Assembly: GCA_963845755.1 (NCBI GenBank)
Contig: CAWJTV010000030.1
Coordinates: 64,001 to 128,000 of the forward strand
DNA: 64,000 nt
Direction of reading: 5' to 3'
From: an uncultured Planctomycetota bacterium
Lineage (GTDB): Bacteria > Planctomycetota > Planctomycetia > Isosphaerales > Isosphaeraceae
The translations under genes were made by a program, and so were the position numbers. The notes under the pieces were generated by a model. It saw only the letters and a list, made by a program, of their open reading frames with translations, did no database searches and was not told where the DNA came from. Of this stretch, positions 33,021-44,791 are shown piece after piece (position 1 is the first letter of the stretch; each line of letters opens with the position of its first letter).

Positions 33021-33497
33021 TTGAACCGACTTGTCCTGGCACTACGGGCGTTCTGGAATATCCTCACGGTATCCGAGTTCGCGGCGCGGGCCGAAGCCCT
33101 GTTCCTCAGGACGCCGACGGGCCCGGACCTGCGGGTCCTGGCGGTCTTGCAGCGGGACGGCCGGCTGATCGATTTCCTGGAAGAGGATCTCGACGCTTAC
33201 AGCGATGCCCAGATCGGCGCGGCGGTCCGCGACATCCATCGGGGTTGTCGGAAGTCTCTCCGCGACTATCTGACGATCGAGCCGATCATTGAGGGAGCCG
33301 AGGAACAGAACGTGATGGTGCCGAAGGACTTCGACCCGGCTGCGATCCGACTCGTCGGAAACGTGAACGGGTCCCCGCCGTTCCAGGGGGTCCTCAAGCA
33401 TCACGGCTGGCGCGTCCGGTCGGTCCACCTGCCTCTTCTTCCGGTGGCGCGCGACGACTCCTCGATCCTATCGCCCGCGGAGGTCGAGATCTCCTGA
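33021..33497 (+). CDS. DUF2760-domain protein
   Basis: LQRDGRLIDFLEE, DAQIGAAVRDIHRGC, LKHHGW, PAEVE. Confidence 0.88.
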   Translation: MNRLVLALRAFWNILTVSEFAARAEALFLRTPTGPDLRVLAVLQRDGRLIDFLEEDLDAYSDAQIGAAVRDIHRGCRKSLRDYLTIEPIIEGAEEQNVMVPKDFDPAAIRLVGNVNGSPPFQGVLKHHGWRVRSVHLPLLPVARDDSSILSPAEVEIS

Positions 33498-33525
33498 CTG
33501 GATCGTGAGTTACGTGTCGCCAGCG

Positions 33526-33604
33526 ACAGGGTGGGTATAACCCGCCGGGCTTCATCGGTTCTCTGGATCTGGTGGGTTTCACCCACGCTACGAATCTTCG
33601 TACC
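33526..33604. repeat. Degenerate GTAG-type REP doublet
   Basis: AGGGTGGGTATAACCCGCC...GGTGGGTTTCACCCACGCTAC, similar to 53877-53941. Confidence 0.65.
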
Positions 33605-33636
33605 GCGGTAGCATTTAAAGGACAAAGAAACACGGT

Positions 33637-35451
33637 ATGTCTCGCCACGTGGTTGGAATTGACCTGGGGACGACGAACTGTGCACTGGCCTTTGCCGAGG
33701 CCAGCCCGACCGGGTCCGATGAGCCGGGACCGATTGCGAACCTGCCCATCCCGCAGGTCGTGGCGGTCAATGATGTGGCGGATCGGCCGTTGTTGCCGTC
33801 GTTCCTGTATCTGCCGGCTTCGAAGGAGTTTCCGGCCGGTGCACTGGATTTGCCCTGGAAGTCGCCGCCGGAGCGGTTGGTGGGATCGTTTGCTCGCGAC
33901 CATGGGGCCAAGGTCCCCGGCCGGCTGGTCAGCTCGGCCAAGAGCTGGCTCTCGCACGCCGGGGTCGATCGACGCTCGGCCATCTTGCCCTGGACGCCTG
34001 CCGAGGATGTGTCGCGGATCTCTCCGGTGACGGCGTCAGCGGCATATCTCGAACACCTGCGCGATGCCTGGAACACACGAATCGCCGGCAAGACGGCGGC
34101 CGACCGGCTCGAGAACCAGGAGGTTTATCTGACCGTGCCGGCCTCGTTCGACGCCGTAGCGCGCGAGTTGACCACGGAGGCGGCGGCGAAGGCCGGTTTG
34201 AGGCAGGTGACCTTACTCGAGGAGCCGCAGGCCGCGTTTTACGCCTGGCTCGCCGCGCAGGGCGAGCGCTGGCGAAAGCAGGTCAAGGTCGGTGAGATCA
34301 TCCTGGTCTGTGATGTCGGCGGAGGAACGACCGACTTCACCTTGATCGCCGTGACTGACGACGGCGGCGACCTGGCCCTGTCCCGGCTCGCCGTGGGAGA
34401 GCATATCCTGCTGGGCGGTGACAACATGGACCTGGCGCTGGCGTACGCGGTCGCCGGCACGCTACCCCAGGGAATGGAAGGGCTGGACCCGGTACAGCGG
34501 GTCGCGCTCGGCTACGCGTGCCGTTCGGCCAAGGAGCTTCTGTTCACCGACCGGAAGAAAAGTGCGGCGCCCGTGACCGTCCTGGGACGAGGCTCCAAGG
34601 TCATCGGCGGCTCGGTCAAGACGGAATTGACCCGGGACATGCTCACGACCGCCCTGCTCGACGGGTTCCTACCGCGATGCGAGCCGACAGAAATGCCGGC
34701 GCGCGGGCGGCGGGTCGGCTTGACGGAGATCGGCCTGCCGTATTCCGCGGACCCGGCGATTACCCGCCACCTCGCTCGGTTCCTGAGCCAGCAGGCGGGC
34801 TCGCTTCATACGAGTGGATCGCTCGTCTTGCCGTCGGCGGTGCTGTTCAACGGCGGGGTCTTCAAGGCCGCCGAGCTGCGGCAGCGCGTGCTCGATGTGC
34901 TGTCGCAATGGGCCGGTCGTGCGGTTCCCGAACTGGAGTCCGCCGATCTCGACCTGGCGGTGGCGCACGGCGCCGCCTATTACGGTCTGGTCGGCAAGGG
35001 GAAGGGTGTACGGATCCGTGGTGGCGTGGGGCGCTCTTATTATGTAGGCCTGGAGACCGCGGCGCCGGCCGTGCCCGGGATCGCTCCTCCGATCAAGGCC
35101 CTCTGCGTCGTGCCCATGGGCATGGAGGAAGGGACCGAGGCGGATGTCCCGGGTCCGGAACTCGGGCTGGTGGTCGGCGAGCCCGCCGAATTCCGTTTTC
35201 TCGGCTCAACGACCCGCCGCGACGATCCGGTCGGGACGATCCTCGAGCGCTGGAATGCCGATGAGCTTCAAGAGATGGCCCCGCTGGAGACCGCCCTGGC
35301 CGCGGAGGACGGTCGCTCGGGAGAAACCGTACCGGTCCGACTTCATGCCCACGTCACCGAGATTGGGACGCTCGACCTCTGGTGCCGCAGCACGCGCGAC
35401 GATCGACGGTGGAAGCTGGAATTCAATGTGCGAATCCCGGCGGACGATTGA
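33637..35451 (+). CDS. Hsp70-family protein (non-DnaK, DUF2760-associated)
   Basis: GIDLGTTN, TVPASFD, EEPQAA, DVGGGTTD, GGDNMD, C-terminal WKLEFNVR. Confidence 0.9.
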   Translation: MSRHVVGIDLGTTNCALAFAEASPTGSDEPGPIANLPIPQVVAVNDVADRPLLPSFLYLPASKEFPAGALDLPWKSPPERLVGSFARDHGAKVPGRLVSSAKSWLSHAGVDRRSAILPWTPAEDVSRISPVTASAAYLEHLRDAWNTRIAGKTAADRLENQEVYLTVPASFDAVARELTTEAAAKAGLRQVTLLEEPQAAFYAWLAAQGERWRKQVKVGEIILVCDVGGGTTDFTLIAVTDDGGDLALSRLAVGEHILLGGDNMDLALAYAVAGTLPQGMEGLDPVQRVALGYACRSAKELLFTDRKKSAAPVTVLGRGSKVIGGSVKTELTRDMLTTALLDGFLPRCEPTEMPARGRRVGLTEIGLPYSADPAITRHLARFLSQQAGSLHTSGSLVLPSAVLFNGGVFKAAELRQRVLDVLSQWAGRAVPELESADLDLAVAHGAAYYGLVGKGKGVRIRGGVGRSYYVGLETAAPAVPGIAPPIKALCVVPMGMEEGTEADVPGPELGLVVGEPAEFRFLGSTTRRDDPVGTILERWNADELQEMAPLETALAAEDGRSGETVPVRLHAHVTEIGTLDLWCRSTRDDRRWKLEFNVRIPADD

Positions 35452-35502
35452 TGGGGATGTGGCGCGGCCGTCGCCATCGAGTCGGCCCTCGAGGGAATTG
35501 CC

Positions 35503-36018
35503 ATGAGCGATGAGTCGATCTTGACAGTCGATGGTGCAGTCGAGCGTCGCTTGCAGCTCACTCGCGCCGATCTAGATGCGTTCCCCGAGGCGATGCACGT
35601 GCGCGACGTGTCGCGCATCCATCCCCAGCGCCAGGGGGATGGGGTTGAGCTCGAGGCGATCCTCGATCGGGCGGGGGTCCTTCCCGAGGCGAACTACCTG
35701 ACGCTCCACGCGGATCGCGACGACTTCCACGTGTCGATCCCACTGCAACCGGTACGGGATCAGGGGATCGTCGTCTACCGCCTGGGCGATGGCCCGCTGG
35801 GCACCGATCGGGGCGGTCCCGTCCGGTTTCTCGTACGGGACCCGACGGCTTGCCACACGGGCGAGCTGGACGAGTGCGCCAATGTCAAATACCTGAGCCG
35901 GATCGAGGTGACGACGCGTCGGGGACGCGACACACGACCGGCCAGCGAGGACGACCACGCCGCGCTCCACCGTGCTCAGGAGTCATCGGCCGGGGCGAGA
36001 GGGAAGGGGTCGCCCTGA
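35503..36018 (+). CDS. Molybdopterin-dependent oxidoreductase-like domain protein
   Basis: LTVDGAV, GV.L..IL, GGPVRF, NVKYLSRIE. Confidence 0.7.
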   Translation: MSDESILTVDGAVERRLQLTRADLDAFPEAMHVRDVSRIHPQRQGDGVELEAILDRAGVLPEANYLTLHADRDDFHVSIPLQPVRDQGIVVYRLGDGPLGTDRGGPVRFLVRDPTACHTGELDECANVKYLSRIEVTTRRGRDTRPASEDDHAALHRAQESSAGARGKGSP

Positions 36019-36180
36019 CGCCGCCCCCGGTCGCGATCGGGAAGGAATTCACGATTTTCGACTCAACAACCGGGGAGCATTCCGTCGAAATGGGAAATCC
36101 TGATGGTTGGAGCTTGAAACAGGAATTCCCGTGATGGAGACGTCGCAGGCCGCTAGCGGAGAAAGGCCCGCCTGCGCCTC

Positions 36181-36713
36181 TCAGAGGCGCCATCCGAGCA
36201 ACTCGAAAAACTTCCAGCTCAGGACGAGGATCGTCACGGCGCCCGAGCCGACGGCGGCGACGAGCACGCCCGCGGCAGCGATCTCGCGAGCGGCCTTCAG
36301 GCGCGGCTGTTCCGGGTCGCCGATGGCCCTTGCCAGGGTGTCGACGGCGCGTATGCGCCAGCTCCGCGACGAGGACGAGGCAGGCGCCGAGCAGGATCAG
36401 ACACCAGCTCCACTGGTTGATCCCCAGAAGCGCAGCGGTGATCGCGATCAAGGTGCCTCGGTAGAAGTGCGCGAAGAAGCTGGAGTCGCCTCGGATCGCC
36501 GACTTGAGCCCGCGCGCAACCGGCGGCCAACTTGCGACGGGCGTTGCGACGGTCTGCCTGAGCGGCCGGCTCAGGCGTCATCGCAAACTCGCCCTCCGGA
36601 TCGTCGAGCAGGTCGAAGGGATTCGAGTGCGGTTCGGCCTGCGCGCCGGGGCGTGGTCCGCCCGGCTCACGCCGTCGCTCGATGTCCCGGGCTCTGAGGG
36701 TCGGATCGTTCAT
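36181..36713 (-). CDS. dgkA: Diacylglycerol/undecaprenol kinase DgkA family (several frameshifts)
   Basis: RGDSSFFAH, LVAELAH, AVDTL and AAREIAAAGVLV fragments distributed over frames. Confidence 0.7.
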
Positions 36714-36719
36714 GGTCCA

Positions 36720-39700
36720 TCACTCGGTTGGGGCGAACCGCGTGTCGAACGAGTTCAAGGCGGCGTTCGAACCCATGCGGATGGCAGGACTGATCCGCGG
36801 CGTCATCTGCACCGCGAACTGATAACTCATACGCTGGGGATCGACCGAGAGGCCGATCGTGGTGAGATAATCCGCGCCGATCCGGGTGAACGTGAACATC
36901 GTGCCCAGGTCGGTGGCATCGCCGAAGTCATACGAAGTGGCGAACGTACCATACCACTTCGGGCTGAGCCAATAGCTGATCGAGGTGTTCATGGCCGAGG
37001 TGTGGATCGGCCCCGAGTCGATGATCGTGTAACCGATGTAGATGTTCGACCGCGGTGGCCTCGCCAGCGAGATGCCCGTCGTGATGATGTTCAACCCATT
37101 GGGATTGTAGCCGGTGTCCAGGCTATAGGGGTAAATGGAACTCGGGAGCGGATTACTGCCAACCAGTTTCCAGAATTCGAACCAGCCCTGGGAGACGATG
37201 CTCGTCCGGTCGCCGAGGTACCACTGATAGTTGTATTGAGTCAAGCCCCACGGCGTGCCGAAATCGTCGTGCGCGGCGGTGGGAAAGAAGGTCGTCGTGG
37301 CGTCGAGGGTCATGTAATCGACGATCCGGCGCCTGCCGATCGGACCCCGCTTGGTCTGGAGCCGTTGATGGATTCCCAGCATGACGGAATTGATGGCGCC
37401 CTGGATGTCGGTCGTACCGGTGATCGGCGAGACCATCTGCCGAAGCATGAGGTGCCGGGGATCGTATGGCATCGGCAGGATACCCCCGGCGAACGTCGTG
37501 ATCGCAAGGTACCGACGAACAGCCTCATAGGTGTTGTCGTCCAGATCGTCCTGGACGGCGATGTTGTTCAGCCGCACGTTGGAGAAAGCGGCACGGGCGT
37601 CGGCGAATAGGCTGATCTTGTGGTTCAGACCGTGGACATTCATGATCTCGCTGAGGACGTGGGGATACTTCTTGTAAAACGTCATCTCGGCTCGCGCACC
37701 GACAGCGCCCCAGGCACGGCCCATCGGCCCATTGGGCAAGCGGCCCAGCGGGCCGCCGCCAATCTGGTCGGTCCATCCGACCAAGGACCCCTGGAGATAC
37801 GGGACCAGCCGGACGGCATTGAAGAATTTCAAGGGCATGTCCAGCTCATGATTGGTGTAGAACCGGCCGGACGAGAAGATCCCCGAGGTGTTGGAAACCG
37901 GGTCATAAGGCATGAAGGCGAACAGGTTCGGGTTGTTGACCATGATGTCGGTCGTGGTCACGGCATAGTCCATTCCCGAATGGTGGTAATACGTGAACCA
38001 GTCGGAGAGCAGCGAGTCGCCCAGCCGATAGTAATCGACCCGAGGCAGCCACTGGGTTTCGGTCTGCCAGTTCATGGGGTTGGCTTCGGTCCAGACGTCG
38101 ATCGCCTGGTTATCCTTCTGGTAGATGCCGTAAGCCAAGGTCTCCTGGTCCATCCCGGTGTCGTGGAGGCGCTTGTAGTATTCCTCCAGGAAGTAGCGGT
38201 CGGTGTAGTAACCGGACTCGAGCTGGAGCCGGAGCTCCTCGAACTTGTGGTCATCGTCATCGGGGAGGAATCGCTGATTGTGCCGGAAATCGTAACGGAG
38301 GCGGTCCTGCTGGAAGGGCGGCGTGCTGGAACGCGTGATTCCCGCCTTGCCCGAACCGGGCGGGCCGTTGGTGACGATGGCATATCCGGTGCCGAGCACG
38401 TCGGTGCCGAAGTCCTTCAGGCCCCAGATGTCGAAATAACCCATGTACTCCTGGGTGATGGTCGGCGGAGCACCGCGATTCTGATGGTACGGGTCGGACA
38501 GGTCGCGGAAGAGATCCTTGCCGAACCAGCCGATCTCACTGCCCAGCGCCGGGAATTCCTTCGTGCGGGCACTGAGATAGTCGAAGTCGATATTCCAGAG
38601 ATCGATCCAGTCGGGCTTCTTGACGCCGATGAAACGAAAACCGTTCCAGTCCGTGAGCAACTGCTGCCCGTAATAGTTGTTGGTTCTGAAGAAGAACTGT
38701 CGGAACGCGGGCTGCTGGTCGTCGATCTCAGTGACGAAACGAGGCCAGTAGAAGGCGGGGATCCCCCCCATGAAGTAGAGATTCTGCCGGGCGTCCACGG
38801 TCCAGATGAGGTCCTCGGGAGGATCGGGATCCCCGGGGTTCGTGAGATGCTGCCCCGTGCTCGGATCGACGGAGGGTCGGCCCGATCGCGTCAGGTCCAT
38901 CGACTTACTCTGGATCTGGTAGCCGGGGTTGGGAAAGCGACTGCCGGTCATCACGGGGTGGTCGATCCGAATCTGGGGATGCGGGGACGGCTTGAAGGTC
39001 CCGTCCGGCTGCTTGATCAGTGGGTGGAATTGCTCCATTCGAGGCGCCCGGATCTTGGCCGGATTGATCAGTCCCGGAGCGAAGAAATCGATCTCGGCAT
39101 CGTGAGCTAGCATCCGATCAGTGAGGAGGTTGTAGTAGGCCCGCGGTGCGCGGATGGTCTTCTGATCGCCCTTGCCGGCCATCTTCCGCTGGTCCTGCCG
39201 GATGACGACGTGTCCCTCGAGATAGACCTCCATGGGCTGCTTGTTGGCGTCGTCGATCCATTCTCCGTTGGGGCCCTGGTAAGGCTGCCCTTTCTCGGGG
39301 TTGGGTCCTCTCCAGATCACCGCCTCATCGGCCTCGATATCGATGATTCCCAGCTTCTCGGCGCGGATGATGATGTTGACGCCTCCACGACACATATAGA
39401 TCTCCGTCCCATCCGGCGTCTTGCCGACGAGCTGGAAATCGAGCGGACGCCCACCCCGGCGATCGAAGGTCGTGATGCGCTGCGTTCCCGGAGTGATGGG
39501 GAGCAGGTCGAACTAGAGGACCAGCGGGCGGGGTGCCGCCCGGCGCCGGCGCCTCCTGATCGGGGACGGGCAGCGCCTCGATGCTGGGCGGCTGGCCCTC
39601 GAGATTCGGCGAAAGATCGGGGACCGGGAGTCCGGGAACCCCGCCCGGCGCCGGCTCGATCGGGGCGAGGTCGATGGCCGGCGGCTGCGCGGTTCCCCCT

Positions 39701-40516
39701 TGCGGCGGCTGCACTGCCGGCGCCTCATCCGGCGGGGGCTGGGCGGCCACACGGTCGGCTTCGTCCGGAGCCGAGCCAGGATTGCGATTCCGCGGCCCCT
39801 GAGCCCGGACCACGAAGGGGTCGACTTTGGGAACGACCAGGTCGGGCCCAGGAGGTTGGCCCGCCGGGTTCGCCTGCTCGAACGCGACGGGCGATAGCGC
39901 CGCAACGGGCCCGGCCGAACGTGTACGCGCGGGTGGTTGTGCCGACGAGGTGCCGGGCGCGGCGGTCGCCGGGCGCAGCCCTTGCGAGGTTCGCGCGACC
40001 GTGTCCGTGGGTATCGGTATCGGCGTCGCACGAGGCAGCAATCCCGACCGCCGGAGAATCGCGAACGAGGGCTGTGTCGCGAGCTCGGTCAATCCCTTGG
40101 AAAGATAGGCCGTCATCTCCACCTTGGGAGCCCGGAATGCCAAGCGTGCGCGCGACACGGCCGGCCCTTCGCGGTGGGTCTCTCGGACCTCGCCCTCGGC
40201 GTAGACCTCAACCTGGTAGAGCGGATCACCACCTGAGGGGAGCGGGACAATGCGAGCGACGGCCTCGCGCGACCGAATGCCGTCGAACGCCCTGGAGGAC
40301 GGCCGATTCGCCCTGGAGGTACAGGTAATACCCGTCGGCGCCAGCCCAGCGCCACACGCGCTGGGCCGAGAACACCACGGAGTCGGTGGGCGTGCTCGGG
40401 CCGGAGGGATCGGGCGCATCCTGGCCGAGCAGGAGGCCCGCGAGCCCAGCCGACAGAATCAGCCCAAACCACACGCCGCGAGGCGGGTAGCGACTGGGTT
40501 GGTCGTCACCTCGCAC
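36720..40516 (-). CDS. LptD/OstA-like outer-membrane beta-barrel with Pro-rich N-terminal region (frameshifts at about 40270 and 39500)
   Basis: Signal-like N-terminus, YLEGHVVIRQ, FLEEYY, HQRLQTKRG and aromatic beta-strand C-terminus typical of planctomycete LptD-like proteins. Confidence 0.7.
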
Positions 40517-40867
40517 GGTTCCTCCCAACGAACGGCCTGGGGTTTCCGGGCGGACGGCCTTCCCTGGCCGATCCGCCATCGACCGGCACCCGAATCTCGA
40601 GACTCTACCGACTCGCGACCGCCTCGACATGTGGGCCGCTGGTCGTTTGTCGGTCCGCCTGGTCGCCGGTTCGACCGCACGAATACGACGAGTTCCGGCG
40701 GTCGCCGTACGCGGGCCACGACCGGGTCAGACCAGATTGTCCCGCTCAAGACATGCAAATGACGGGAGCATCGGTGCGGACCATAGCCGGATTGTCCGTC
40801 TCCGTCAAGGGAAAGCCAAGGCCGAGTCTCTTATTGCCGAGGCAAGACATGGCACAGAGACCGACGG

Positions 40868-43800
40868 TCAGGACATCGTGTGTCGCGGCTTCGGATCCTT
40901 GAAGTGCTGCCGCAGCAAGGGGTTCAAGCCGTAGGCCAGGCTCAACAGCTTCATCGGATGGAGCGTTCGTTTGAGCGAGCCCTGCTCCATCTGGATCCGA
41001 CAGGCCCCGCATTCGGTCGCGCCGATGTCGATATCATCGTCGCGCAGTCGCCTCATCAGCCCCCGACCGGCTCGGAGCGAGTTCCGGAAATGGTCGCGCG
41101 CCAAACCATACGTCCCTCCCATTCCGGAGCACCCGCGATCGATGAACTCGACATCGAGGTCCGGGACTGTGCGAAGGAGCTCCATGCCCGGCGTACCGGC
41201 CCCCAAAGCTCGCAGATGGCAGGGCTGGTGGTAGCCGACCCGCGCGTGCAGCGGCTCATGAGGGAGTGGCAACTGCCCGCGCGCTGAGAGGCCCTGAAGG
41301 TACTGCCCGAGATCGAGCGTATGCGCGGCGACGAGATCCGCGTCGAGGTCCTCCGTCAGCTTGACGTATTCGTGGCAGAGCATCAGTGTCGCAGTTGGCT
41401 CGGAACAGACCACGGTGTAGCCGTCGCGCACGGCATTGGCCAGCACGCGGAGGTTGGCCAGGGCCTGCTCGCGCGCCTCATCGATGTCGCCGACGACCAG
41501 GGCCGCCATCCCCGACCCGCGCTGTTGCACGGGAACGAAGACGTTGACTCCGGCGTGGCGGAGGACCGCGACGACCGCTTCGGCGAGTTCCTGGTCGTAA
41601 TAGTTCGCGAAGACGTTAACGAAGTAGGCGACCCGGGGGCCGGGTTGCTGGCGCCGAGGTTTGTGGAGGCCCTGCCGGACGGCCGAACGTGTGAACGACG
41701 TACGCCGGACGCGCGGCAGCACGCGGTATCGCGAGACGCCTAACATTCGTTCCAGCAGGGCTCGAGACCAGCGCTGGGTCATGAGGAAATTGGTCAGGAT
41801 CGGGAACCGCGTGCCCAGGCGAGCCCATAATTCCAGCCGAGAGAAGATCCAATCGCGAGGAGAGAGTCCATGTCGCTCGACACAAGCCGCCTTGGCCTCG
41901 AGCATCAAGCTGGAGACGTCCACGCCGGAGGGGCATTCCGTCCGGCAGAGTTTGCAGTGGATACAGAGGTCGGCGTGGGCTTTCATCTCGTCGGTGCCCC
42001 AGAGCCTCGGATCGACGGCCCCGGTCGCCACCTGCCGGATGAGGTTGGCCTGTGACCGCGGTGTCGCGGCTTCGTGTCGCGAGGCGCGGAAGCTGGGGCA
42101 CATTCGAAACGCGGGGTCGATCGTTCGGCAGGCCCCGCACCCGTGGCAGGCGCTCGCCATCTCCAGCATCTGGAGCTCAGGCCAGATCAGCACGGGCTGC
42201 ACGGCCGATGCGACGGCGAGGACGGGCGTGTCGGCCACGGAGGAGTTGCCAACCGAAGGACCCGGCTCGTTTAGCTCCACCTCGAGGCCACCCGTGGGCG
42301 CCGGAGATGCCGGCGGACGCGTCTCGGCTTCAGGGAGTTCCTCGAGTGCGGGGAGCTTGCGGAAGTTTCGCACCATCAAGTGCGGATCGTCCCCGATGAC
42401 CTTCCCGGGATTGAGCTGGCTCAAAGGATCGAAGGCGTCCTTGATGTCCCGGAACACCTGCACGAGGTCGCCGTACTGATTGCGGAGGAACTGCGTGCGG
42501 AGCAGGCCGCAAGCCTGGGAGCTGGAGATGGTCCCCCTGGAATCGAGCACGATCTCGTAAACGCGCGCCGCCAGGGCCTCCAAGGCATCGCGATCATCCG
42601 GGTTCGACAGGTCCAGGAACGGTCGGACTCGAAGCCGGCCCTCGCCGGCGTAGGCGTCGAGGGTCCAGGTGAGGTTCTGTTGCTGCAACAAGGCCTGCAG
42701 CCTCTGGAGGACGAGCCCGAGTCGATCGGGTGGGACCGCAACATCGTCGAAGACGGAGACCGGTCGACTCGGTCCTCGAAACCGCATCAGGAGGGGCTCG
42801 ACGAGCCGGCGCCAACCGACCATTCGCTCGCAATCGGCCCGCCTGGTAAACACGGAGGGCTCGGAAGACAGCCGGCCCGCTCGTAACGCCCGTTCGCTAA
42901 CGACGCGGACCTTCGCGGAGACCTCGGCGGAATCATGACCCTCGAATTCGACGAGCAAGATGGATTCGGCCGCCTCATCGATGGCGTTGCGGAACAGGAG
43001 ATCGGCGTCCCGAGCCAGGCGGAGCGACCGCCGATCGAGGAGGTCGCAGGATGACGGGGCCAGCATCAGCTCCAGCATTTGCGGGACAAAGGCCGCAGCA
43101 TGGGTGAGTCCCTGGAACGGGATCACTACGACGGCCTGCGCCGCCGGCAACGCGACCGTGCGAAGCATGGCCTGGGTCACCAGCGCGAGCGTCCCTTCGG
43201 AGCCGGCGATCAACCGGCCGAGGTGGATGCCCTCCTCGTTGGCGGCGCGGGCCAGCGCGTAGCCCGCGCGGTCGCGCGGCGCTTCCGACTGTGCACGCCG
43301 GATCCGATTCGACCCCCTCCGATAAAGCGTCTGGAGCTTGCGAACGATCCGGTCTTTCAGGTCCAAAGGCTCCGCCTCGAACGCCGGCCACGGCTCGTAG
43401 CCCAGGTCGGCAACCTCACCGTCGGCGAGGACCACACGAAGGCGATCGACCTGATCTCCTGTCAACCCATAACGCAACGAGCGGCTACCCGCGGCGTCCA
43501 CGGCGATCAAGCCCCCGATCGTGGTCACGTCCGACTCGCGGTGAACCGGCTCCAGCCGTCGGCCGAGTGGCGCCAACTGGGCGTTCAGCAGGTCGGGAAC
43601 GACGCCCGCTTCCACGACGACGTGCTCGTCGCCGGTCGCGATGATCCGGCGCAGATGACGGCTCAGGTCGACCACCAGGCCGGCCCCCAGGGATCCTCCG
43701 CCGGTATCCGTGCCGGCGCCCCGGGCATGAACCGGGATGCGATGCTCCGCCGCATACCGGGCGACCGTGACCACGTCGCCCTCACTCCTCGGGACCACCA

Positions 43801-43930
43801 CACCGAGCGGATCGATCTCATAGACGCTGGCGTCGTGGGCGTAGGGTGCTCGATCCAGGGGCTCAAAATAAAGCTCCCCATCGATGACTCCCCGGAGGTC
43901 GTCATATATCCGAGCCCGGCTCTCGTCCAC
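40868..43930 (-). CDS. FAD-linked oxidase fused to 4Fe-4S and CCG domains (GlcD/GlpC-like)
   Basis: RGAGT, TIGG, GSEGTL, CxxCxxC...CP twice, YHQPCH, CSGMGG, TECGAC. Confidence 0.88.
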   Translation of the reverse strand: MDESRARIYDDLRGVIDGELYFEPLDRAPYAHDASVYEIDPLGVVVPRSEGDVVTVARYAAEHRIPVHARGAGTDTGGGSLGAGLVVDLSRHLRRIIATGDEHVVVEAGVVPDLLNAQLAPLGRRLEPVHRESDVTTIGGLIAVDAAGSRSLRYGLTGDQVDRLRVVLADGEVADLGYEPWPAFEAEPLDLKDRIVRKLQTLYRRGSNRIRRAQSEAPRDRAGYALARAANEEGIHLGRLIAGSEGTLALVTQAMLRTVALPAAQAVVVIPFQGLTHAAAFVPQMLELMLAPSSCDLLDRRSLRLARDADLLFRNAIDEAAESILLVEFEGHDSAEVSAKVRVVSERALRAGRLSSEPSVFTRRADCERMVGWRRLVEPLLMRFRGPSRPVSVFDDVAVPPDRLGLVLQRLQALLQQQNLTWTLDAYAGEGRLRVRPFLDLSNPDDRDALEALAARVYEIVLDSRGTISSSQACGLLRTQFLRNQYGDLVQVFRDIKDAFDPLSQLNPGKVIGDDPHLMVRNFRKLPALEELPEAETRPPASPAPTGGLEVELNEPGPSVGNSSVADTPVLAVASAVQPVLIWPELQMLEMASACHGCGACRTIDPAFRMCPSFRASRHEAATPRSQANLIRQVATGAVDPRLWGTDEMKAHADLCIHCKLCRTECPSGVDVSSLMLEAKAACVERHGLSPRDWIFSRLELWARLGTRFPILTNFLMTQRWSRALLERMLGVSRYRVLPRVRRTSFTRSAVRQGLHKPRRQQPGPRVAYFVNVFANYYDQELAEAVVAVLRHAGVNVFVPVQQRGSGMAALVVGDIDEAREQALANLRVLANAVRDGYTVVCSEPTATLMLCHEYVKLTEDLDADLVAAHTLDLGQYLQGLSARGQLPLPHEPLHARVGYHQPCHLRALGAGTPGMELLRTVPDLDVEFIDRGCSGMGGTYGLARDHFRNSLRAGRGLMRRLRDDDIDIGATECGACRIQMEQGSLKRTLHPMKLLSLAYGLNPLLRQHFKDPKPRHTMS

Positions 43931-44113
43931 GGCGGTGACCGCACCTCATCGTTAATGGCGAGTTCAATTCGTCCTGTCCGTGGGTTCGTGATCCCGTTGG
44001 TCAGCCTATCAGCGGGGCCGGAAGCCCGCATTCGGCCGGAAGCCCCTCTCACCGAGCCGGTTCCGCTGCTCAGCTCAACGTCCCGGTCAACGCGCCTCGG
44101 GCCCGGCCGCAGG

Positions 44114-44601
44114 TCACTCCGCCGATGCGCTCGTTCGCGCAACTGCTCGGCGCGAATCCGCTCCTGGCGATACCGTTCGCCGATCGCAAGATCAAAGGGA
44201 TGAAATCGGCCGTCCCCATCGGAACCGGCGCCCCGCACCTGGCACCCGCATCGATAGCAGATGGTCACATCGGGCACTCGAGGATAGAGTGCCCAGTCCA
44301 GGAAGGTGAACGCCAGCAGGACCGAGAAGGTCTCGATCGGCTTGTCGTAGTACCAGAAGACCGTGCTGATCCCTATCTGGACCATTACGATCATCAGGCC
44401 CAGTGCCTGGGGAAAATCTTTCTGGATGTAGAGATCGGTTGACAGACACCAAGGGCAGGAATCCAGGCGTGAGCGATCGATCGATTCCGGATGGAGCGGC
44501 CGGGCTGTGCCGCATTGACGACAGACTGCCTGGTCCGACGTCTCCAGCGGCGAAACCTGGTCGACGCGACCACAGGTCGGACACGAGAATGTCAGTTCCA
44601 T
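44114..44601 (-). CDS. Hypothetical Zn-ribbon membrane protein (3' end uncertain, probable frameshift near 44130)
   Basis: CPTC, CRQC, CPWC...YIQKDFPQ, two TM helices, CYRC, FDL...ERYRQE. Confidence 0.65.
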
Positions 44602-44791
44602 ATTGCCAGCCCGTTCTCCCAGTCCATCGATCCCGGCGAGCCGGCCCGGCGCTAGCGGGCCGGGCGGGATCTCTTATTGTAATGGATCCCCTCGGCAGCG
44701 AAAGCGGCGCCCGGCAGAAAGCTCGAGCGCCCAAGAGCCGTCGACCGGTACGGCACACCACGACCGGTCGACCCGGAAGTCCGCCTTGCGC

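Noticed and set aside
43663..44113. C-terminal extension of ORF 43663..44601
   Set aside because: It overlaps the FAD-oxidase start by about 270 bp and has no protein-like character; probably read-through after an indel.
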